In this document: positions 20,004-31,577 of the stretch, piece after piece
Layout: each line of letters begins with the position of its first letter
Numbering within the stretch: position 1 is the first letter of the stretch
NCBI GenBank assembly: GCA_964035545.1
Contig: OZ037765.1
Coordinates: 33,665,504-33,729,503 of the forward strand
Source: Bugula neritina
Taxonomy: Eukaryota; Animalia; Bryozoa
DNA: 64,000 nt
Direction: 5' to 3'
Program-made: the position numbers and the translations under genes
The notes under the pieces: generated by a model
What the model was told of the DNA's origin: nothing
Databases searched by the model: none
Seen by the model: the letters and a program-made list of their open reading frames with translations, nothing else

Positions 20004-21575
20004 TTAAGGTACAGTTTTTTTGGTATGGTAGAACTATTGAGTTGTTTGTTCGTTTTTTCTTAAAATACTCCTAATTTACCAGACACCATATTACTTTGAG
20101 AGGTTTGTTGGCAATTTGGAATATAGGCTAATCAAAGCAGGGTTTATTTAAGCAATATAGTTGGGTTTTTATATTTATTGTTCATCATTTCAACTCTTTT
20201 ATTGAATATTTATTGTTTTTGGTCATTCATTACTGGTTATTATTGGGTCTTGTAGGTACTCGTAAGTTGTATATTGTATATATTTCAATAACATTTCTGG
20301 TGCTTCAATATTAGCTTATACTTTTTGCAGGTGGTAGTATAGCACAAAAGCTAGAAATTCAGTGAATATACTATTTATATTGCAGTAAAAAGATTTAAAG
20401 CCAGTAAAAGCCTTTAACAAAAGTAATAAAAGCTAAACACTTTTACTATAACTGAAATAATATTTTCTATTTCCAGTAGCACACATCAAGTTTGCCATTG
20501 GCTTACTTTACTTTATAGGCTATCTGCAATTTTAGTCCTCCCATTTTCAAGCTTTCCATTTACAATTTGAGTTACCTATAGTTTAGCTATTACTGATAGT
20601 GTCACCTTGCATTACTCTAGTTAGCAACCTGTTTTTTCATTATCCAGGTAGTAGGAGATGTGGTAGGTTGTAACTAACTTTTTTTGCAGGACTGCCATTA
20701 AAATGTGTTTTTTCGGAAGAGATTTTTTAACTGTACAACAATTTACGTTAAATTTTATCCTGCAATATACTATTACAAAATGTATATTTTACATTTTATA
20801 AATTGAACTTTCAATTTTAAATCTCACTCTCTTTCACTAAAACACAATTTACTGGAATGTAGCGATAAATTAAGAAAAGTGGGCTCAGTAAATAACTTCT
20901 AGCCAATTAGGTGCTGGTGACAGAAAATATTAGCACTTGCCTGTCAGAATGCTGAGCAACAAGTTCACTGTCTGGCCCTACGCTTAGAGTTGAGTTTTAG
21001 CTTTGATATAACCACGAAACCACAGTTTTAGTTTTCATTAACTTGTTTATTTCAGAAGCTGCCTATGAAAATCATATATCAAGCTAGATGAGGTATTGAA
21101 TATCTGTATAACTTATTATTATTGAAAACCCTTCACTGGCTAATGTGCTACATACACATACCTTATTCTTTTGTATATCCCATTAGAAAGTTGCTTGTTG
21201 CAGCACGGAGTTGGTGGTCACCTAGTGCATTGGCTGGGGGCTTGAAGTTCAGACATAGATGTGTGTACAAATACTGTACCCAATCACCCCAACTCAGTGC
21301 TGCATCTAGCTGCCTTCTAATGAGATATACAGAAGAATATGGTATGCCCTTTAGGTGCAGTGGGAGGGAACATAAGATAGTGTAAGTTCCTCAAGTTTCC
21401 TAAGTAAACTCTTTTGCTACATTTCTGATCTAAAACACAGGCTTTTCCCAATTTCTTCCATTATATAAAGAGTGATTCAGATGGGGGGGTCAAAGATCAA
21501 TGTGGATTACCAATACACAGATTGTATTTTTCTTTCTGAAGTCATTAGTCACACAGCTTTGGGGGTGAAGGTCGT

Positions 21576-21911
<336 letters not shown>

Positions 21912-22006
21912 GGTTCACAGTTCATACTTCCTCTGTAGTTTGAGTAGAATAGAGGAATACATGTGACAGAGTTTACTGACTGCACCAGAAGTTCCTCTCC
22001 AGGAGT

Positions 22007-25000
22007 ATGAGGACCAAAAGAGGAAGGAGAGGAAAGACACCGGAGCCCAGCTCTGACAGACTACAACTTGAGTGGGAGAAAGTGGATGACTTGTTCTTAC
22101 CTGTAGTTCCTCGAGGCAGCTCCAAGTTCCTCCCTGTTAGAGTGTTGGAGCTGACCCTACTCTCCAGGTAACTGAGCTTATGATATCTCTGTGTACAATC
22201 ATAGTGTTGGCTTGTTTTCCAATGCTGGTAGGGGGGGGGGGGGGGGTTGCTGAAGGCTAACATGCTGGCTTTATTGCTGCCTATTAGTGTTATGTTGATG
22301 TTGATGACAGAGTGCAGTGTTTCTTCCATATTTAACTAAGCTGCCGTCCCTAAGCCTCAAGTCTTGACCTAAACGAATACCAGATTTAACTCAGATATCC
22401 GTTAAATTCAGCCATTTTGTCCCTGTGCACACATACATAAGCCGCAAAATTGGTTCCAAGCGGTTCTTTTGCCCGAGATATACAGGGGGCACTGTAAATA
22501 TTACTGGGGTATGTTTTAGTTGAAAGGAAGCTGTTGGGATACTGACCATTTCATTGTAGTAACTTTCACCAGAGCTGTATTCACATTGATTGAGGTGCCA
22601 AGTTGTGGCTCCCCAAATAGTTGTGGTTCTAACAGATATTAGTAGCTTATCAGGTTGGCTGTGTCTCAACCCTTCCTGCTGTCCAACATTTATGAGTCAT
22701 GGCTACGTATTACGGATGTCTTACTTCCTAATAAATGTTAAATTAATTAACTTGTTGGACTCATTTACATTACAAGACAATTGATCATCAATGGCTGTGT
22801 TTAGTTTAGCTTCCTCCACTTTACCACAACTGATGTGGTCTTCTGTATCAGTGGTTAACTACTTGATACTAATTTTAGTTGACTAAGTACTGTATGATAT
22901 ATACTAGTAATTTATTAACTCAGTACTGTATGATATATACTAGTAATATATTAACTCAGTACTGTATGATATATACTAGTAATATATTAACTCAGTACTG
23001 TATGATATATACTAGTAATATATTAACTTAGTACTGTATGATATATACTAGTAATATATTAACTCAGTACTGTATGATATATACTAGTAATATATTAACT
23101 CAGTACTGTATGATATATACTAGTAATATATTAACTCAGTACTGTACTATTTAGGTTTGCCCAGACAGGGTTACCTGTGGAAGTACAGACTCTGGGCAGG
23201 TGTCAAACTCACTATCTCACCACATCCGAGGCGTTCGCACTGACTCACCTGAACTCCAGTCAGCTGAAGTATGACTACGGTGATGAGCCGTTCAGTACGA
23301 GTGACATCGTAGTGGAGTTCGCAGAGTTCAAGGCCTTCTTTGAGATTGTGACAGACACGGTACGCTGCAAGGTGGCGTCCGACTTGGGATTCACTGAAGG
23401 CGGCTGGCTGCAGATTAATAACACAGTAAGTGGAGGTCTTTGTGGGAGATACTGCGGCGGGATATACTGAGGTGGGACATACTGAGGTGGAATATACTAA
23501 GGTGGGACATACTGAGGTAGGATATACTGAGGTGGGACATACTGAGGTGGCATATACTAAGGTGGGATATACTAAGGTGGGACATACTGAGGTAGGATAT
23601 ACTAAGGTGGGACATACTAAGGTAGGATATGCTAAGGTGGGACATACTGAGGTAGGATATACTAAGGTGGGACATACTGAGGTAGGATATACTGAGGTGG
23701 GATATACTAAGGTGGGACATACTGACGTGGGACATACTGAGGTGGGATATACTAAGGCGGGACATGCTAAGGTGGGACATCCTGAGGTGGGACATGCTAA
23801 GGTGGGATATACTGAGGTGGGACATGCTGAGGTGGGACATGCTAAGGTGGAGGTGGTTTTAAAGTTTGCCCATAAGGAAAAGTAGTGTTTGTTTTTTAGT
23901 AAATTTAAAGATTCATTGACAACTAATGCTATTTATAAATATATAGTAAAATATTCTCTTCATTTATAATATCTGTTTACAATGTTCACTGTGTGTAACA
24001 TTGTATACTAGTTGTGGATGTGAGTTTATATATATCTATATGTTGTAGGTATGTCCATATGTGTGGGTGGACAGCGTCCGGTACGTGCCTTTGGAGGTTA
24101 TGTGTCACGCTGCCGAACTTCTCAGTGCTGATGACATTCCGTCAGCGCTCACGGTCACTCAGCAGCAACTTGACTACCTCAACCGTCTCTGCTCCAAGAG
24201 TCAGCGCTCCTTCACCTTTGACCAACACTCGATGCTGGTCTCCGTATGTACTCCATTTCTCTCCTGTAGCTTACACTTCTCAAGCTTTTTCCTTGTTTCA
24301 GACATCTTTACATCTAGAGTTGTCCCTAAACTAAATACATCTGGAGTTGTCCCTGCTGATAGTTACTAGTTACTAGGAGATGCTGTTTTTGTCACAGCTC
24401 AATTTTGTTTCCTGAAAAGTTTTTTTCTGGAAAATTGATATCAAATTGAGTCTGAAACTCTTCACTTTTTTAGACCGAGTGCTTCGGGAAATTACATTAT
24501 ACTCCATTTGCTTTATAGTCTCTCCCTTTCTACCAACTGAACATAGTCTAGCTGAACACAGTCTAGCTGAACACAGTCTAGCTGTATGCACAATATGCCC
24601 CTTCTCTTCTGTCCTATTCGTGTTGCATTCGAAAGCTACTCACCGCACACCATTTTATGTACACTCCAGGTTCTTCATCTCAAAAAAGTGGTGGATCCAG
24701 TAATCATTGAACTCCCCACCAACGACCCCTTTGCTCACGCTACTTATGTGGATCCATGCCTGGACTCACAGGAAATAGAAGAGATTAAATCTAAGGCTAA
24801 AGTGGCCATGAACTGTTACTACAACTCAGTTATGTTACAGAGACTGCATGGAGACCTTGACAAAGGTATCATATACTGACACAGTACTGGCCATAGCTGT
24901 GCCCCCCCTCCCCCCCCCCCTACTCACCATAGCTGTGTCCTCCCCCTACTCACCATAGTTGTGCCCCCTACTCACCATAGTTGTGCCCCCTACTCACCAT

Positions 25001-28000
25001 AGTTGTGCCCCTTACTCACCATAGCTGTGTCTCCTACTCACCATAGTTGTGTCTCCTACTCACCGTAGTTGTACCCCCTACTCACCATAGCTGTGCCCCC
25101 TACTCACCATAGCTGTGCCCCCTACTCACCATAGCTGTGTCCCCCCCTACTCCCCATAGCTGTGCCCCCTACTCACCATAGTTGTGCCCCCTACTCACCA
25201 TAGTTGTGTCCCCTACTGGCCATAGCTGTGCCCCCTACTCACCATAGCTGTGCCCCCTACTCACCATAGCTGTGCCCCCTACTCACCATAGCTGTGTCCC
25301 CCCCTACTCACCATAGTTGTGCCCCCTACTCACCATAGTTGTGCCCCCTACTCACCATAGCTGTGCCCCCCCCTACTCACCATAGTTGCGCCCCCTACTC
25401 ACCATAGTTGCGCCCCCTACTCACCATAGTTGTGCCCCCTACTCACCATAGTTGTGCCCCTTACTCACCATAGCTGTGTCTCCTACTCACCATAGTTGTG
25501 TCTCCTACTCACCATAGTTGTACCCCCTACTCACCATAGTTGTGCCCCCTACTCACCATAGCTGTGCCCCCTACTCACCATAGTTGTGCCCCCTACTTAC
25601 TATAGTTTGGTACTCAGTTTAGTTTCAACTTTCAAGCCAGCTCAGTCAGTTGTAGTGACTAAGAATAACTCTCAATAAAAGTTAGCTATAGTAAGAATAG
25701 TAGTTTTATAATACTAGTTCAGAGTCTACTGAAAACATCATCAGTAAGTGGTGAGACATTTCAAACTAATTCAAGACGTGTTTGCGTAAACATTATTATA
25801 AAAACAAAATTATTTAAAGCAGTGTGTAGATGATTGCTAAGGTGTACATGAATATTTTAATGCTGGGTATATGAAGTGTGTCAGGGATTCTTTAAGAACT
25901 CTAATATTTAACTTTACATTAGAATGTCAGCATGGTGATCTAAGAATATGCTATAGAGTACTAAACTTTCAATAATTCAATATGGCCGATAGTTGGAATT
26001 CTCAACAGGTTTTTGGTTCATGTTTTTTAGAAGGAGAGAAAGTTCCATCTGGTGGATCAGATCCAATTTTGGCCTCAATACTTAACAATGACAACACAGT
26101 GTCTTCTGCACTCCCTTCTGCAGTGTCTTCTGCACTCCCTTCTGCAGTATCTTCTGCACTCCCTTCTACAGTATCTTCTGCATTCCCTTCTACAGTGTCT
26201 TCTGCACTCCCTTCTGCAGTGTCTTCTGCACTCCCTTCTGCAGTATCTTCTGCACTCCCTTCTACAGTATCTTCTGCATTCCCTTCTACAGTGCCTTCTG
26301 CAGTGTCTTCTGCACTCCCTTCTACAGTGTCTTCTGCACTTCTCAGTCCCGGCCCGGAGTCTTCCACAGCCCAAGATCAACCTTCCAAAACAGGTAAGTC
26401 TGTATCTCCTCCAATGACTGGATTAGACATATTTCGTTTACATTCAGTGCAATGATAATCCATACCTTTGGTTAGTTCATTAGTCATTTTATTTTAAACA
26501 TTTTAGCGAAACGTCGGCGTGAAGAGCAACCGTTGGCAGAAAATGAGTCAGTTGGTTCCAAGGCTAAGAAAGTCAAATCTGTTTCGTCTGCTGAATATTT
26601 CACACTCTGGTGCCAGCTGCAGTCTCAGCTGTTTCCTACCAAGTATGTCATTTTATGTTATATATACTATATGTTATATACTGTATGTTATATATATATA
26701 CTATATGTTATATACTATATGTTATATACTGTATGTTATATACTGTATGTTATATACTGTATGTTATATACTGTATGTTATATACTGTATGTTATATACT
26801 GTATGTTATATACTGTATGTTATATACTGTATGTTATATACTGTATGTTATATACTGTATGTTATATACTGTATGTTATATACTGTATGTTATATACTGT
26901 ATGTTATATACTGTATGTTATATACTGTATGTTATATACTATATGTTATATACTGTATGTTATATATATACTATATGTTATATACTGTATGTTATATATA
27001 TACTATATGTTATATACTGTATGTTATATACTATATGTTATATACTATATGTTATATACTGTATATAGTGTATATTATCAGTATACAGTATACACAGTGT
27101 ATCATCAGTATATAGTATATACTGTATATTATCAGTATATAGTATATACTGTATATTATCAGTATATAGTATATACAGTATATTACCAGTGTATAGTATA
27201 TACAGTGTATTAACAGTATATAGTATATACAGTATATTACCAGTGTATAGTATATACAGTGTATTACCAGTATATAGTATATACAGTGTATTATCAGTAT
27301 ATAGTATATACAGTGTATTATCAGTATATAGTATATACAGTGTATTATCAGTATATAGTATATACAGTGTATTACCAGTATATAGTATATACAGTGTATT
27401 ACCAGTATATAGTATATACAGTGTATTACCAGTATATAGTATATACAGTGTATTATCAGTATATAGTATATACAGTATATTATCAGTATGTAGTATATAC
27501 AGTGTATTATCAGTATATAGTATATACAGTGTATTACCAGTATATAGTATATACAGTATATTATCAGTATATAGTATATACAGTGTATTATCAGTATATA
27601 CAGTGTATTACCAGTATATAGTATATACAGTGTATTACCAGTATATAGTATATACAGTGTATTATCAGTATATAGTATATACAGTGTATTATCAGTATAT
27701 AGTATATACAGTGTATTATCAGTATATACTGTGTATTGTCAGTATATAGTATATACAGTGTATTATCAGTATATAGTATATACAGTATATTATCAGTATA
27801 TAGTATATACAGTGTATTATCAGTATATACTGTGTATTGTCAGTATATAGTATATACAGTGTATTATCAGTATATAGTATATACAGTGTATTATCAGTAT
27901 ATAGTATATACAGTATATTATCAGTATATAGTATATACAGTGTATTATCAGTATATACTGTGTATTGTCAGTATATATATTATATTTTGACAGGGAGGAG

Positions 28001-30570
28001 AGACACAGCACACTGACACCTGATATAGTTGCCAGATTATGTAAACTGGACAGCAGGTTCCAGCAGTTGCCCCTCACACTCACTCTCGGCTCAGTTGTTT
28101 ACAATTCTGTCCTCAATATTATTTTACTGTGGATAAAAGCTGCTTCCCAAGTGAATAGTTATCTCAGGTGTGTAATATATAGTATCTCAGGTGTGTAATA
28201 TATAGTATATCAGGTGTGTAATATATAGTATCTCAGGTGTGTAATATATAGTATCTCAGGTGTGTAATATATAGTATCTCAGGTGTGTAATATATAGTAT
28301 CTCAGGTGTGTAATATATAGTATCTCAGGTGTGCGATACTCTATTGTGTACAGTATTCTATTGTGTACAGTACTCTATTGTGTACAGTACTCTATTGTGT
28401 ACAGTATTCTGTTGTGTACAGTATTCTATTGTGTAGTACTCTATTGTGTACAGTATTCTATTGTGTACAGTATTCTATTGTGTACAGTATTCTATTGTGT
28501 ACAGTATTCTATTGTGTACAGTATTCTATTGTGTGTAGTGTTCTATTGTGTAGTATTCTATTGTGTACAGTACTCTATTGTGTACAGTATTCTATTGTGT
28601 ATTGTACTCTATTGTGTACAGTATTCTATTGTGTGTTGGTGTGTAGAGAAGTCCGGGACCGACTAGTCTCTGATAAGGGAGAAGATGCGACACCTAAAAG
28701 TCAAGTGAATGCCCTCCGCATAGCCACAGATGCAATCTCAACACCCATGTTTTGGAACGCAAAGTTCCACAGAGTGCCACCTGGTGGGTTAATCTGATGA
28801 ATGAGATCTTGGCTGATCAATACTGCTACTAGTTCTCGGGTCTTCACTGGACTATGTCTGTCTGTTGTAGAGGCAGGGGCCAAGTTCAACAAAGTACTGG
28901 TGGAAGTTGTGCGTCGCCATCTTTGTCGCGCTAACGTCACCGGGGATGTGATTCCATTCGTACTCTGTGGAATGTTCGGGGCTCAAAACTCCATTGGAGC
29001 AGCAAACTTCCACTATCTTCAGGTAATTCTCTGTTCTATTCGAGTTTATTCACCAAAAATCAATTAAAAATTTGTCTCTTCTGGTTCTGTATGTGTTAGT
29101 GATGTGTTACAGGAGATAATGAGTATCGCGTACATAGCCATGGGACTCTCCACAGCCCCGCCGTTTAGTGCCTACACTGTCGCATCTCAGCGATTGACTA
29201 AGCTCATCAACATCTCCAAAAGCTGGAATACTAACCTCGCCCTTTTCCAGGGGAAGAATAGCTATTATAAGCGTCTTCGACAGGGCGCTTTCTCCAACAC
29301 CTTGGAATTTCTCTATCACAGGGTTTACTCACCATTTCTAAGAGAAGCTGGCCCTCCCCTATCCCCTGCATCATCTTCCCCTGTTTTATCTCCCCCTGTT
29401 TCATCTCCCCCTGTTTCATCTCCCCCTGCTTCATCTCCCCCTGCTTCATCTCCCCCTGCTTCATCTCCCCCTGCTTCATCTTCTGCGTCTACTACCTCCA
29501 GTGTTCCACTCCAGTTACCAGTAAGTACAAAGTGTGCGGTGAACCCCACACCTCTGGTGTCACCCGCTGTGCCACCCCCATACAGTTCACGAAACACACA
29601 TCCACCACAACCTGTACAGCATCCATACCGTCATCAGTATCCTATACCCACGTACCCCTGGCCACCACTCCCTCATTTCATTCCTCCACCAGCTCCTTCA
29701 GTCCGGGCATATCCTGTACAGTCGCCTAGTGAAACATATAGGCCAGTTCTTCCTCCCAGTTCAATTCACTCTGGTACGATCCCTAGCCCCGCCTACTCTG
29801 TCCCTATCCCCACCTACTCTGTCCCTAGCCCCGCCTACTCTGTCTCTATCCCCACCTACTCTGTCCCTAGCCCCGCCTACTCTGTCCCTATCCCCACCTA
29901 CTCTGTCCCTCAGCCAAACCATGAGCCTGTCTCTGCAGTTCAGCCCCACACAAATTTCCCCATTCATACAAGTTACTGGGAAACTCTTAGGAATCTATCT
30001 CAGGTCAGTCCACCTAATAAAACCCTCTCTAGTCCAGCCCACACTGCCCCACCACTGTCCTCCAGTTCGCAGGCTAAATCTCCCAACACCATTTCACCTC
30101 AAGTAGCAGCGCCTCAACCCTCACCCTCTAGTAAACCGTCAGAAGTTGACCCCCCTCCCCCTGCTATGCAGCAATACGTCTCCTCCACCTCTACTATACC
30201 AAACCCTCCTAAGAAGCTACCTTCGGCTGAGGCTGAGCTCATTTCTCTCAAGCGTTTCCATGGCAAGAAGATTCCAGTGTTCAAAGCTGGTCTCAATTCT
30301 ATTGAGTGGGTACTGCTGGAGGACGTGCAGAAGACGTACTACTCACGGATGACTGCTGAGAGCTTCCTCGGTCTTCTCTCCTCCACTCTGCCAGGCATCG
30401 CGGTGCCCATATCAGGTGATGCCTCCAAAGCGTTCAAGTCTCACTACAATATGGAAGAAAGCGAGTTGTTTGAAGAGGACATTATGCTCACGTTCTATTC
30501 CTTGAGTACCATCGTAGACAAGTTGCCACCCGCAACCACAAATGTGAAATCTCAGTCCAACATTCGGTGA
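22007..30570 (+). CDS. Uncharacterised 10-exon, probably nuclear protein (about 1080 aa) with a Pro/Ser-rich region
   Basis: Exons 22007-22167, 23155-23425, 24049-24243, 24670-24865, 26031-26393, 26507-26642, 27994-28167, 28647-28783, 28871-29022, 29113-30570. All GT-AG with matching phases; 3243 nt with no internal stop. NLS-like KRRR...KAKKVK. An additional upstream exon is possible. Confidence 0.82.
22886..23146. repeat. Intronic minisatellite, 36-bp unit
   Basis: agtactgtatgatatatactagtaatatattaactc; ends next to the acceptor at 23154. Confidence 0.95.
23445..23850. repeat. Intronic minisatellite, 15-bp unit
   Basis: ggtgggacatactga variants, starting just after the donor at 23426. Confidence 0.95.
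24885..25608. repeat. Intronic minisatellite, about 22-bp unit
   Basis: ctactcaccatagctgtgcccc, starting about 20 bp after the donor at 24866. Confidence 0.95.
26653..27976. repeat. Two abutting intronic minisatellites (14-bp then 27-bp units) filling the intron
   Basis: tatgttatatactg to about 27064, then cagtatatagtatatacagtgtattat. Confidence 0.95.
28157..28635. repeat. 23-bp donor-containing repeat followed by a 17-bp CAG-ending repeat
   Basis: agtatctcag|gtgtgtaatatat x8, then tattctattgtgtacag repeated. Confidence 0.95.
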
Positions 30571-31190
30571 CCTTACATGTTTCATTAGGTTTTTGAGTCT
30601 CAATTTGTTTTGTGCTGTAGGTCTTAGTTATTGCTGATGTGTTATGAGCATTTCATGGACAAACATGTTTCATTTGCATATACTTTACATCCTTATTCTC
30701 AACCTTGTATATATTTTGTAGTCATTCTTGTTTGCGTTCTTGCCATTATGTAGTTTTATTCAAAGTTGACAATTCCTTAGTGTACATTCTCACACAATAG
30801 TGCCAGTGTCTAATATGCAATCTCCAAACGTTTATATTTAAACTTATTTTACTAAAATAAATCATAGTGCAGTATTTTAATTTCTAGGTCGGGTTCACTT
30901 CATCTTCTATTTCATAAGCCTAGACAGTGTTTGTCATATTACACAGGCTTTTAGTTTAGCTTATAGTTGCTAGTTAGACTCAGCACAGAGTTTAAAGTCA
31001 CTTAGTACCCTTCGGTTATATACACATTAAACTCCTAACCACTGCACTCGTGACCCCAAACTTTGTGATGCATCTACTAAGTTGTTTCTAGTTCTGACCA
31101 TGGGGTATTTTTTAAATGTAAGAGTGTAAATAATTTCTCATATAATCAATTTTCCTACCTTCTAGCTACAAAAAGCAGGTTGTAATAATT

Positions 31191-31577
31191 GGATCCACGA
31201 CTATTTGAAAATGACAATTGGACAACACCTGTTTGGAAAATGGACAAGTGGAAAATTAACATCTGGAGAATGAAGAATATTCAACATGGCCTAGTCCAGA
31301 GGGGCGTTTAGTATCTGGTCGGTTTCAAAATAGCCTATTGTAAATGTGAACAATTTTAAAATAGAACTACTCGGTAACTAATTCTACTTCCATGATAGCC
31401 TAACTGATACGGCCATTATAACTATTTTTATATAAAGCTACTTTGGAATTGACCAGATACTCAATAAGCTCTCTGGACTAGACCTGAATATTCTTCACTT
31501 TCCAAATGTCTTTATTCTAATTGTCCATTTTCCAAATAGGTGTTTCCCATATGTCATTTTTGAAATGTCGTGTCACC
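31191..31577. mobile_element. Degenerate palindromic (foldback/MITE-like) element
   Basis: Long imperfect inverted arms, e.g. gaagaatattca/tgaatattcttc, ctagtccagag/ctctggactag, tttggaaaatggacaa/ttgtccattttccaaa. No clear TSD. Confidence 0.6.

Noticed and set aside
26519-28666. Tyr/Ile/Val/Cys-rich long ORFs (also at 37706-38823, 41725-42716, 45622-46428, 51586-52117, 60200-61418)
   Set aside because: Stop-free readings of intronic minisatellites. Only their non-repetitive ends coincide with real exons.
28795-28800. In-frame TGA TGA suggesting read-through or selenocysteine
   Set aside because: Both codons fall in an 87-nt phase-1 GT-AG intron (28784-28870).
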